Source of the DNA: Acidobacteriaceae bacterium
GTDB lineage: Bacteria; Acidobacteriota; Terriglobia; Terriglobales; Acidobacteriaceae
Assembly (NCBI GenBank): GCA_003140075.1
Contig: PLIO01000202.1
Span: 29,395-93,394, forward strand
DNA: 64,000 nucleotides
Direction of reading: 5' to 3'
Made by a program: the position numbers and the translations under genes. Every line of letters begins with the position of its first letter. The first letter of the stretch is position 1. Shown in pieces: positions 18,245 through 28,045 of the stretch. The notes under the pieces were generated by a model. It did not search any database and was not told the origin of the DNA. It saw only the letters and a list, made by a program, of their open reading frames with translations.

Positions 18245-20616
18245 AAAATCTCATCTTTTCGATTCTCATCTCGCTCTTGACGTCGACACTACTGTTTGCC
18301 GACGCGGGCATTCTTATTCCTCGCGACAAGCAGCAGCCCGATCCCGCGATCCTCTCGCTCGAAGAAATGGAAATCACGATCCGCATCGACAATGGCGACG
18401 CCCGCGTGTTCGTGCGCCAGGTGTTTGCCAATCACACCGGCGGCATTCAGGAGGGCAACTACATTTTCGCTCTGCCCAGCCACGCTACGATCTCCGATTT
18501 TGCCACGTGGGACGGGCCGGTGAGGATTCCCGCCGTTATTCTCGAACGCAAGCGCGCCGAAGAGATTTACAACCAGCTGAAGCAGCAGTCGATCGATCCC
18601 GGCCTGCTGCAGATGGGGGAACGTGGCTCCGAAGAAGCCAAGCGCACGTCTGTTTTCAGCGCCCGCATCGTTCCGATTCCAGCTTTCGGAACGAAACGGC
18701 TGGAGATCGAGTATCACGAATCGATTCCGGTGGAGAATCTGAAGTCGTACTTCGCCATCCCACTGCGACCGGACGCATATCAGGCCCAGGCCGCGCGCCA
18801 TCTTCGCATCAATTTCGAACTGCACACAGCGCATGCCATTCGCAACTTTCAGGCGCCCGCAAAGAACTTTCCACTGCAACTCGAGCAGAACACCGCTCAC
18901 CTCGTCCAAGGCCATTTCGAAGGAGAGAACGTCAACCTGGGCGAGGATTTCGTAATCACTTACGATCTGGATCCCGCGGCGGCGGATACGCTGCAGATTC
19001 TGACGTATCGCAATCCGGTTAGCGGGCAGCCATCGCCAACCGAAACCGCGCCTGTTCGTACCACGAACGAGCCCGGCTTTTTTGAAGCGGAAGCTTTGCT
19101 CGGACCCGGGACGGGGTCCGCTCCCACCGCAAGCGCAGCCAGCGGCCCTCCCAAGACGGTTATCGTATTGTTCGATACATCGCTTTCCATGCAATGGGAA
19201 AAATTAGAGCGCAGCTACCAGGCTCTGGAAACGCTGCTGCGAACGCTCCGCCCCACCGACCATTTCAGCCTCGTGGTCTTCAATTCGGAAACCCACGCGT
19301 TGCCGCTCAGTGCTGCGAATGGCGGCAACGTCCAGCACGCAATTGATTTCGTCCGCGCCAGTCGATTGCGCGGTGGCACCGATATTCAACGCGCGCTCCA
19401 GGCCGGACTCCAACAGGCTGCAGATCCTGCGGCGTCCAATGCTTATCTGGTGATTCTGAGCGACGGCGGCGCGACCCGCGGTCCCATCACGAACGGAAAA
19501 CTTGCAGCGTGGTACGCCTCGGCGTGGAAGCAACTCCTGGAGACTCAGCGCCCGCGTACTTACATTCTCGCCGTCGGCGACGATGCCAACTTGCCGCTAT
19601 TCCGCATGCTGGAACGGCAGGATGGAGTGCTCGAACACGTGCTTTCGACCGAGCCCATGGAGTTCAAGCTGAACTCGTTCCTGTCGAAGATCGGCCGAAG
19701 TCCGATCGGGCAGTTGGATCTTGCGGTCGTGCCGGAGAGCGCCGTTGATACTGTCTACCCGCTGCAAGCCGCGACTTTTTCCGGATCGCTGGCTTCGTGG
19801 GTCGGACGTTACCAGAAGCCGCAGGAGAACGTCACCTTCGCGGTGCGCGGCTTGCGCGACGGGTCTCGTGTAGAGCTGACGGGGAAAACTAACTTCCCGC
19901 GCGAGTCTTTCGATCACCCGCAACTGCCTCGTCTCTGGGCTCGAGCTCGCGTGGATGCGCTGCTCGAGAAGATCGAGCGCGAAGGCGACGATCAAGCCAC
20001 CATCGACGAGATCATCCGCCTGGCGCGCCAGTACAAGTTCGTTACTCCCTACACTTCGTTCCTGGCTGTGCCGCGTGCGTTGTTGCGTCCACGCGTCATT
20101 CGGCCTGGCGACCCCATACTTCGCGTCAGAACCGACCCATCGATCACGTCTGTTGTCGCGCTGTTTCCGTTTGGATTGATGCAGCCGCTGCGTCACCTCT
20201 CGTCGGAAGATATTTGGCAGACCCGCTTTCTTGCTCCCACTGACATGCAGGATGGGACCTACACCGTGCGCCTCATCCTGCGCGACCAGCTCGGCAGAAC
20301 GTATCGTGAGTCGAAAACGTTCGTGATTGCCAGCAAGCCGCCGGTGGTCGAGGTGAAGCTCGACCACAAACGCTTCCAGCGCGGGCAGGCGATCGACCTG
20401 AAGGTTCACGCGTCGCAGAGCACGCGGACGCTGGTAGCGCGGCTGGATGGTACGGCACCGGTTGAACTCCGCTGGGATCCGCGAGCAGGCGCCAATACCG
20501 GCGAGTTGCTCATTCCCGAACAAACCATTCCTGGTTCTTACAAACTGACGGTCACCGCCGAAGATATTGCCCACAACATCGGCACCGGGGAGGTGCAGAT
20601 TGAAATCCTTCCTTAA
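18241..20616 (+). CDS. Secreted VIT domain + von Willebrand factor A domain protein with C-terminal beta-sandwich modules
   Basis: 791-aa ORF with an ATGA overlap with the upstream gene and a signal peptide MKNLIFSILISLLTSTLLFADAG. It has VIT-like N-terminal features, a vWA MIDAS motif (VIVLFDTSLSM, LVILSDGGAT) and the FVTPYTSFLAVP motif common in VIT-vWA proteins. Confidence 0.8.
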   Translation: MKNLIFSILISLLTSTLLFADAGILIPRDKQQPDPAILSLEEMEITIRIDNGDARVFVRQVFANHTGGIQEGNYIFALPSHATISDFATWDGPVRIPAVILERKRAEEIYNQLKQQSIDPGLLQMGERGSEEAKRTSVFSARIVPIPAFGTKRLEIEYHESIPVENLKSYFAIPLRPDAYQAQAARHLRINFELHTAHAIRNFQAPAKNFPLQLEQNTAHLVQGHFEGENVNLGEDFVITYDLDPAAADTLQILTYRNPVSGQPSPTETAPVRTTNEPGFFEAEALLGPGTGSAPTASAASGPPKTVIVLFDTSLSMQWEKLERSYQALETLLRTLRPTDHFSLVVFNSETHALPLSAANGGNVQHAIDFVRASRLRGGTDIQRALQAGLQQAADPAASNAYLVILSDGGATRGPITNGKLAAWYASAWKQLLETQRPRTYILAVGDDANLPLFRMLERQDGVLEHVLSTEPMEFKLNSFLSKIGRSPIGQLDLAVVPESAVDTVYPLQAATFSGSLASWVGRYQKPQENVTFAVRGLRDGSRVELTGKTNFPRESFDHPQLPRLWARARVDALLEKIEREGDDQATIDEIIRLARQYKFVTPYTSFLAVPRALLRPRVIRPGDPILRVRTDPSITSVVALFPFGLMQPLRHLSSEDIWQTRFLAPTDMQDGTYTVRLILRDQLGRTYRESKTFVIASKPPVVEVKLDHKRFQRGQAIDLKVHASQSTRTLVARLDGTAPVELRWDPRAGANTGELLIPEQTIPGSYKLTVTAEDIAHNIGTGEVQIEILP

Positions 20617-23600
20617 TTCATCGCGCAGAAGGGTATCGAGCCGGCGCATGCGTCTGCTGGCTATGGCTGTGTTGGTGCTTGCGGCCGGCTCGGCCATCGC
20701 TGCTCTGGGCGAGCTGCCCTCGTGGGTTCGCAACATCGAAGGATCGAGTGTGCTGGAGGCTGCTTTCTTCCGCATGATGCCGTTGCCCGGAGGTGCCGTG
20801 CCCTTTCGACGTCCTCCGCGCGAGACGCGTCCCGCGCTCTCCGAACTCATCAAGAATCAGCCACGCAATGGCGAACTATATTCTTTGCGCGCTCTGGAGG
20901 ACCAACAGCAGCTCGATTTCAAAGCCGCTGAATCGGATTGGAAATCCTACGTCGATAACTCATCGGAAAAGATCGAAGCTCAGCTCGCGCTTGCCGACTT
21001 CTATCATCGCCGTTTGCGGCCAGCGGACGAGATCAAAATACTATCTCTGGTTGCAACTGCCGCGCCCCTTGCGGCCGAGAAACTCACAACGTCCACGCAA
21101 CAACGCTCCTGGCAGGCGTTTGAGCGCATCTTCGGCGTGGTGCAAGCTCAGGGCCTCGCAAAAGACGCTTCCATCGCTCAGTACCGCGCCTGGATCGCGC
21201 GCTATCCGCAGGAGGAATCGCTTTACGTACGGTTCCTGCAATTTCTGGTTGCGCAAAAAGAATATGCCGCCGCCGGACAGCTGATCGCCGATTACCGCAA
21301 GCAGTTTCCGGGCGATCAGGTTTTTCCGGTGAGAGCGAAGGCGATGGTTGAATATCGGCGTGGCTCTGCCCGCGAGGGCTTGGCGGTGTATGAGCAGGAG
21401 TTTCAGCCGCTCTGGGACCCCGACTTGGTGAAAAGTTATTTCGATCTGCTGCGCGAGACCCAGAATCTTCGGAAGTTTCTCGACCAGGCTCGCGCCTCGC
21501 TGAACTCCGATCCCGAGGACTTGAACGCAACCGCCCGCATTTTCTATTACTACCAGCAGCAGGGCAAGCTTGAGGTGGCGCAGCAGGCAATCGCCGACTT
21601 CCGTCTACACAAGGAAGCTAGCAAGTCGCCGTGGACTTCGCAGGAACTCTACATCTGCGCACGGCTTCTGGAAGACATTCATGCCTATCCCGAGGCAGCG
21701 CGATATTATTTCGCGCTCTACAACAGCACGGGACGCTCCGACGCGCAGGAGCAGGCGATTGCCGGGCTCACGAATATTTTGCTGACCGCGCCGGAGATGC
21801 CGATCCGCTTTGGTTCGGGCGAACTCTCCATGTATCGCGACATCGCCACGATGGATCAGGGGCCCGGCTATTTGAACGGGATTCTTTCTCTGATCCTGAA
21901 CACAACCGAACCAGCTTTGAATTACTCAACGGAAGAACAGCGCGCGGTGCCTTACTTTCATCGTTCGCGGGCGGCCGAATTGCTGGCGCTGCTCGATGCG
22001 AAGTTCCCGGGTTCCGCTCGGCGACCTGGACTTCACGCCGGTCTGCTCCAGTTCTATTCCGCCACGGCGGAAAGCGACGCGGTCATTCAGGGTGGGCGCG
22101 ACTTTCTTGCGCAGTTTCCGAAGGCTTCGGAGCGTACCGCGGTTGCACTGCTCATGGCTGATGCCTACTCGCGCAAAGGCGATACGGCGAGTGAATTCGC
22201 CATCTACGATTCTGTGCTTCAGGAACTCGCATCCCAGGCGCAGAACGTGCCCCTGGGATCTGCGACGGAAGGGATGAATTCGTTTTACTACCCGCGCGGT
22301 GCAATGAACGCTGGCATGAATAACGCCGCTGGGGAGGGGGAAGAAGGCGAAGGAGAAGCGGAGGGCGGAGCACAGGGAAATACCGGATCGCGCCGACCGA
22401 TCGCAGGGGTTTTCCAGATCAGTTCCGCCATCTCACCTGCCCCATCGGCTGGAGCGCGTTCCGCCGAGTACGAGCGGGTTTTGGAGCGGTATCTCGCTCG
22501 CCTGGTGCAAATGAAACAAGTCCCGCAGGCGCTGACTGTGCTGCGGCGCGAGATCGACCGCAACCCTGACGACCCCGGCCTATACGAACGGCTCGCGGTT
22601 TTTCTTGAGCAGAACCAGTTAGGAGCCGAGCAGGAAGAAGTCTACCGCCGCGCGATGTCGCGTTTCCCGGACCGCTCGTGGTACGACAAGCTGGCGCGCT
22701 TCTATCTGCGTCAAAGAAGGAATTCCGACTTCGAACAGCTGACACGCGAAGCCCTCAAGACTTTCAGCGGCAGCGATCTCGAACGGTACTTCTACAACGT
22801 CAACGGCGGCGGCCCCGTGCTGTACCTGCGCTTGAATCAGTATGCCAATCAGCGTTTCCCGCACAACCCGGTATTCGTTCGGAATCTTCTCACGGCCTAC
22901 CGAACGCCCGCGACCACCGACCCGGTTGCCTGGGAATCGTTGTTGCGGCAGCACTGGTTCGAGGAAGCGAACCTGCGCGCTGAGTTCTTCGAATTTCTCT
23001 CCCGCACGGGCAGACTGGAAGCGGAGCTGAGTGCTTTGCGCCAGAGTGCGCCGGATGCTGCCAGTTGGGATGGCAATCCTGCCGCCGCCGAATTCCTGGC
23101 GAATGCCAACCTGTGGCGTTCGCACTTTGAAGAGAGTGCGCCTGTGCTGCGATCGCTTGCCGGTCAATATCCCGCCGAGTTCGAGATTGCGCGCACCGCT
23201 TCGTCCGTGTATCGCTCCCTGGCGTACTTCGATTCCGCCGATACGGCCATCGCCGCCCGGATCGAAGACAATTTGCTTCAGGCCAATCCGGGCAATACTG
23301 AGATCCTCGCGCGTGTTGGCGATATCTATGCCGACCGCGATCAGTTTGCGCAGGCCGCTCCGTACTGGGAACGGATTCCACAAGTATCGCCGGGACAATC
23401 CGGCGGATATCTCGACGCCGCTACCATCTACTGGGATTACTACGATTTCGATAACGCGCTGCGCCTGCTTAAGCAGGGGCGCGCTCGTCTCGCCGATCCC
23501 AATCTCTATTCCTACGAGGCAGGCGCTATCTACGAGAACCAGCGCGACTATGCGCACGCTATCGACGAATACGTAAAAGGCTCCCTCGCGGGCGCCGACG

Positions 23601-26600
23601 ACTCGTCTGCCGAAAACCGCTTGCTCCAGCTTGCGCGCCGCCCCAAGTTCCACGACCTCGTTGATCACAGCACTGCGAGTATCGTGGCATCATCCAATCC
23701 CTCTATGCCTGCGATCTATCTGCGGGTGAAGGTGCTGGAAGCTCAGAACCGCAGGCCGGAAATGGAAACGCTCCTCGACACGATGACCAACGGCACAACT
23801 TCCATCGAGCAGGCGGAAGACCTGGAAAACCTGGCGCAACAGAAATCGCTCGAAGCTGTACGCCAGCACGCGCTTGAGAAACAAGCCGTACTCACCACCG
23901 ACCCCGTCGCCCGCCTCGAACTTCGCTATGCGCTGATTCGAATGTATGAAGGCCGCAAGGATCTCGCGTCGGCGCAGAAGAACGTTGAAGCGCTCTACCG
24001 CGAGAATCCCAAGATTCTTGGCGTTGTCCGCTCCACGGTCGATTTTTATTGGCGCACCAAGAACTATCCGCAGGCAATCTCGGTTCTGCTGCAGGCCGCC
24101 AGGGACGCTTATCCCGAGCTGAGCGCTCAGTTCACCTACGAGGCCGCTCGCAAATCGACCGACGCGAAGCAGTACCCGCAGGCGCGCGAACTGCTCGCGC
24201 AGCTATTGAAGGATTCTCCTTACAACGGTGAATACCTTGCGGCCATGGCAGACACCTACGCGCAAGCCGGTGACGATCAGGGTTTGAAGCAGTTCTACAC
24301 GCAAAAGATCGCGCTGTTCCGGTCTGCGCCGCTGCCGGCGGATGCGCGTAAGGCGCAGGTTGCCACCTTGTGTCGCGGTCTGATTCCCGCGCTCACTCGA
24401 ATGAAGGACTACGCGGGTGCGGTTGATCAGTACATCGAACTCATCAACAGTTTCCCGGAAGACGACACGCTCGTCACCGAAGCCGCGTTGTATGGATTGC
24501 GCTATCAGCGCCAGCAACAACTCGTCGATTTCTATGCGAAGACGGTCGCGCAATCACCGCGTGACTATCACTGGTCCACTGTGCTGGCCCGGCTGCAGAC
24601 TAATCTGGAGGACTACCCGGCTGCGATTGAGACCTACGCCAAGGCGATCATCGTGCGGCCGGATCGCTTCGATCTTTACACCGCTCGGGCCGGTCTCGAA
24701 GAACGGCTGATGCACTTCGACGATGCAGTCTCCGACTACGAACATATCTATCAGCTCGCGTACAAAGATCCGCAGTGGATGGAGAAAATCGCTGCTGTGC
24801 GCGCGCGCCAGGGTAAAAAGACTGAAACCGTAACCGCCCTCAAAGCCGCGTTGATCGATGGCCGGCCGGAGAACGCGTCCAACTATTTCGAGGTCGCCCA
24901 CCGCCTTGAATCCTGGGGGATGCTTGCGGAGGCCCGCACTTTCGTCGAACTCGGAATCAAGACCGCCGGACCTGAACTGCTGGCCTCAGCAGAGAATCAG
25001 CCCGGCGCGAAGACCTACGTTCGCATCATGACTCGCCTCCGTCAGCAGGAGCTGGCATACACCAGGCTGCAGAGTTCGCTCGCGGAAGCATCTTCGAACC
25101 TGCCTGTCCTGAAAGAACAGGTCGCAACGCGAGGAATCGCCGCCATCACGGATGCCCAGTGGCGGGACAGAGTGCTCCACATGCGCATCGAGACTGCGCG
25201 CAACGGCATGGCCGCCGTTCTCACGGAGATGGGCAATACCGTGAACACATACTTCACACCAGAGGAGAGACTCGGCTTTGCGCACTTTGCCGAATCGAAG
25301 AAGATCGGCATGAACTTTGCCGACGTCGAGAAGTTTGCGATTCCTCTTGTCCAAAGCGCCGCTCTTGCCGACCAGGAATCCCGATGGCGTTTCGAGGTGA
25401 TGATGCAGGATCCGAATCGCAATCCGAATTTCTATAGCCGCCTGCCAGCCTTTGTGGGCCTGCAGCGCCGCCGGGGACGTTTTGCTGAACTTGGATCGCA
25501 GTTGGAGCAGTTCGCAGCGCTACTGCCCCGAACCAACCACAATGCTCCGCTGCTTGAGGCCGCCGACGCCTACCGCTCCGCCGGCGACCAACAAAATGAG
25601 TTGCGAATACTCTCAAACATTTCGGCGTCCTATCTCGACAACACCCACCAGCAGCATCTGTTCCAATTGCTACTGGCGCAGCGGCCAGAGGAGCTGGTCG
25701 CGATCAGTTCGGGATGGAATTCCGCAGGCGAAAATGCCGCCAACTTCGCGGTTGCGAACGGAGGATCTGCGCTCGCGCGCAACGCAGTTGTGGCTCGCGG
25801 AAAAAGCCGTCCGCCGGTCTGGACCAAGTCGTATCTCGGGCTGGTTGGACTTTACTATGCCGAGCCCGCTGCCGATGTGAACGAAGCATTCCTCGGCGCC
25901 CTCGGAGACAAGACGATCGCAGAGCGCCTGGCCACACCGGTTGACCGTGCGCAGCAGCTCGCCGGCGATACTTGGTTCTACTACGGATCCCGCTACGGCG
26001 AGTACCTCGGGACCACGAAGCAAAGTAATCCTGAGGACTATCTTCCCGCCATCCTGGAGCAGAGCCCAGCGTCGTCTTTCGGATATTTGACTTTGGCTGA
26101 CTATTACTTTGGCTCAGGCGACATGGAACACGCTATCGCGGATTACAACCACACGCTCGAACTCTCTCCCAATCGTCCGGATATTCACGGCAGTCTTGCC
26201 CTCGTTTATTACAAGCGCGGCGATCGGGCTGCCGCCGTCGGCGAGTGGAAGCAGGTTTTCGCGGCGCTTTTGAAGCAGCTCAATAGTGCGCACGTTCCGG
26301 AAACTTTCTGGGAGGACTTCGGGCATACTTGCGATCAGCTGTGCACCCGTCATCTGTATTCGGAACTTAAACCCGACGCCGACGCCATCGTTCGAACTTA
26401 TCTCCACCACAATGGCACCTACCGCTCGAACGCCATATTGCAACCCGCTTATGCTGCCATCGGTGACCCGGTATCAGCCACAGCGTGGCTGCTCGATGAT
26501 TCCGCGGCGGCGCAGGATCCCACACAGATTCTGGCTGATGTCATCGACGCGCCCTGGATTCCGCTGCCCCAACGCGCGTTAATCTATCAGCGTATTCTCC

Positions 26601-28045
26601 AATCCAAGCAAGATGCGCTTGTAAGCCTAACTGGCCTTGAGCGCGACAACGCTCAGCAAGCCCTCCGTTCCTGGCAAGTGCGCTCGATCAAGTACCTCAT
26701 CCTCACCAAACAGTATGCGTCCGCAGCCGATGCCATTGCGGCTTTATCAAAAGAGACCCGCGAGGCGGAGTCCGCCGCTCTGGTTCCACTCGATCTGCAA
26801 GTAGCTGCGCAGCTGGGAACACTGGACTCTAAAATCGCCGGGTATCGCACCGACCCGCGGAACACTCCCGATTCAAGTCTGCTTCGAACCGCGGCACGGC
26901 AGCTATTCGAGGCCGGAGACAAGCAGTCCGCGCGCAAGATTCTTGAATTCGTATTTGCTCGCGAGATCGATGAGCACCAGCTCAACGCCGCCAACTTCAT
27001 GGGCCTCGCGGAGATTCGCCTTGCTTCGGGAGACACTTCTGGTGCGCTCGATCTGCTGCGCCGCTTGGTTCTGGTCGTCGGGAATCCGTTCGAGAACCTC
27101 GATCCCGCTGCGGCTTTGCTGGAGAAAACCGGCCACAATGCTGAGGCTGTCGAGTTTCTCGATCAACTGGTCACGTCGGCGCCTTGGGACCCTTCTTACC
27201 GTTTGCGTCTCGCCAAAGCCAGAGCGGGCGCGGGGCAGAATGCCGTCGCGCCCGCTGAGGCTCTCGTCCCGATCGCGGCGGGATTGGAAGTTCCTTATGA
27301 TCTCCGTCTCAGAGCTGCTTCTGCTCTCGCGGGCCAGCGGCACTCCGATCTGGGAAGCGGCGAACTGAACCTGCTTGCCGGAAACGCATCGGCCATCTCT
27401 CCAACCGCCGCCGACAAGTTCTACTTCTACGAAGGTCGCATCAAGGCCGCGCAGAACATGGCCGACCCGCGGGCGAAACTCGAACTGCTAAGCCACTGCA
27501 TCATCGATTTTCCACAGCGAGACGAAGCTCGCATACCGCTGTTCCAGGCGGCGGCGACTTTGCGCTCCGATGAATTTGCTGTTGGAGTTCTGGAACCGCA
27601 GCTACAGAAGCAATTCCTCGGCAGTGCTACTGTCTCCGGAGCCGAGTACGAAGAGGAACAAATCACTGCGTCCGACAATGACGAAGCAGATGAAAGCGAA
27701 TCTACAAACAGCGCTATTCCGCAACCGGCCAAATTCTCCCGTGCGCAGCAAGCACAACTGGCGCAGATGGTCGGCGACGTGATGACGCGCCTGAATCGGC
27801 TGGCTGAGGCCGTATCGTATTTCGAAGTAGCGCGTCGCCTGGCGGATTCGCCGGAGCTACGCAAGGAAAGTAGAAGAAAGATTGCAGACCTAAAGGCCAT
27901 ATTGCGGATGCAGCAGCAGAACGCCGGGCGCCATCCCCTGCTGCATGAAGCTCTGGAGCAGGATCGCATCGTTCGGCCGCGGTTGTTGGCTCGCTCCGCT
28001 CCTGGGCCTAAGGCAGTCACTCCGAAAGGAGGCGTGAAACCATGA
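20600..28045 (+). CDS. Giant exported tetratricopeptide-repeat (TPR) protein (~2,481 aa)
   Basis: One uninterrupted ORF. It is alpha-helical repeat sequence throughout, with many A..Y..A....P TPR-like units (e.g. AIADYNHTLELSPNRPDIHGSLALVYYKRGDRAAAVGEWKQV), and an N-terminal signal/anchor MRLLAMAVLVLAAGSAIA. Candidate starts are TTG 20600 (GGGGAGGTG upstream) and ATG 20648. The track start at 20567 overlaps the upstream gene by 50 nt and is less likely. Confidence 0.75.
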   Translation: MKSFLNSSRRRVSSRRMRLLAMAVLVLAAGSAIAALGELPSWVRNIEGSSVLEAAFFRMMPLPGGAVPFRRPPRETRPALSELIKNQPRNGELYSLRALEDQQQLDFKAAESDWKSYVDNSSEKIEAQLALADFYHRRLRPADEIKILSLVATAAPLAAEKLTTSTQQRSWQAFERIFGVVQAQGLAKDASIAQYRAWIARYPQEESLYVRFLQFLVAQKEYAAAGQLIADYRKQFPGDQVFPVRAKAMVEYRRGSAREGLAVYEQEFQPLWDPDLVKSYFDLLRETQNLRKFLDQARASLNSDPEDLNATARIFYYYQQQGKLEVAQQAIADFRLHKEASKSPWTSQELYICARLLEDIHAYPEAARYYFALYNSTGRSDAQEQAIAGLTNILLTAPEMPIRFGSGELSMYRDIATMDQGPGYLNGILSLILNTTEPALNYSTEEQRAVPYFHRSRAAELLALLDAKFPGSARRPGLHAGLLQFYSATAESDAVIQGGRDFLAQFPKASERTAVALLMADAYSRKGDTASEFAIYDSVLQELASQAQNVPLGSATEGMNSFYYPRGAMNAGMNNAAGEGEEGEGEAEGGAQGNTGSRRPIAGVFQISSAISPAPSAGARSAEYERVLERYLARLVQMKQVPQALTVLRREIDRNPDDPGLYERLAVFLEQNQLGAEQEEVYRRAMSRFPDRSWYDKLARFYLRQRRNSDFEQLTREALKTFSGSDLERYFYNVNGGGPVLYLRLNQYANQRFPHNPVFVRNLLTAYRTPATTDPVAWESLLRQHWFEEANLRAEFFEFLSRTGRLEAELSALRQSAPDAASWDGNPAAAEFLANANLWRSHFEESAPVLRSLAGQYPAEFEIARTASSVYRSLAYFDSADTAIAARIEDNLLQANPGNTEILARVGDIYADRDQFAQAAPYWERIPQVSPGQSGGYLDAATIYWDYYDFDNALRLLKQGRARLADPNLYSYEAGAIYENQRDYAHAIDEYVKGSLAGADDSSAENRLLQLARRPKFHDLVDHSTASIVASSNPSMPAIYLRVKVLEAQNRRPEMETLLDTMTNGTTSIEQAEDLENLAQQKSLEAVRQHALEKQAVLTTDPVARLELRYALIRMYEGRKDLASAQKNVEALYRENPKILGVVRSTVDFYWRTKNYPQAISVLLQAARDAYPELSAQFTYEAARKSTDAKQYPQARELLAQLLKDSPYNGEYLAAMADTYAQAGDDQGLKQFYTQKIALFRSAPLPADARKAQVATLCRGLIPALTRMKDYAGAVDQYIELINSFPEDDTLVTEAALYGLRYQRQQQLVDFYAKTVAQSPRDYHWSTVLARLQTNLEDYPAAIETYAKAIIVRPDRFDLYTARAGLEERLMHFDDAVSDYEHIYQLAYKDPQWMEKIAAVRARQGKKTETVTALKAALIDGRPENASNYFEVAHRLESWGMLAEARTFVELGIKTAGPELLASAENQPGAKTYVRIMTRLRQQELAYTRLQSSLAEASSNLPVLKEQVATRGIAAITDAQWRDRVLHMRIETARNGMAAVLTEMGNTVNTYFTPEERLGFAHFAESKKIGMNFADVEKFAIPLVQSAALADQESRWRFEVMMQDPNRNPNFYSRLPAFVGLQRRRGRFAELGSQLEQFAALLPRTNHNAPLLEAADAYRSAGDQQNELRILSNISASYLDNTHQQHLFQLLLAQRPEELVAISSGWNSAGENAANFAVANGGSALARNAVVARGKSRPPVWTKSYLGLVGLYYAEPAADVNEAFLGALGDKTIAERLATPVDRAQQLAGDTWFYYGSRYGEYLGTTKQSNPEDYLPAILEQSPASSFGYLTLADYYFGSGDMEHAIADYNHTLELSPNRPDIHGSLALVYYKRGDRAAAVGEWKQVFAALLKQLNSAHVPETFWEDFGHTCDQLCTRHLYSELKPDADAIVRTYLHHNGTYRSNAILQPAYAAIGDPVSATAWLLDDSAAAQDPTQILADVIDAPWIPLPQRALIYQRILQSKQDALVSLTGLERDNAQQALRSWQVRSIKYLILTKQYASAADAIAALSKETREAESAALVPLDLQVAAQLGTLDSKIAGYRTDPRNTPDSSLLRTAARQLFEAGDKQSARKILEFVFAREIDEHQLNAANFMGLAEIRLASGDTSGALDLLRRLVLVVGNPFENLDPAAALLEKTGHNAEAVEFLDQLVTSAPWDPSYRLRLAKARAGAGQNAVAPAEALVPIAAGLEVPYDLRLRAASALAGQRHSDLGSGELNLLAGNASAISPTAADKFYFYEGRIKAAQNMADPRAKLELLSHCIIDFPQRDEARIPLFQAAATLRSDEFAVGVLEPQLQKQFLGSATVSGAEYEEEQITASDNDEADESESTNSAIPQPAKFSRAQQAQLAQMVGDVMTRLNRLAEAVSYFEVARRLADSPELRKESRRKIADLKAILRMQQQNAGRHPLLHEALEQDRIVRPRLLARSAPGPKAVTPKGGVKP

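Noticed and set aside
20567-20599. The ORF-track start at 20567 for the giant TPR gene.
   Set aside because: It would overlap the VIT-vWA gene by 50 nt and add a charged extension before the signal peptide. TTG 20600 (with GGGGAGGTG upstream) or ATG 20648 fits the coupling pattern of the rest of the operon better.
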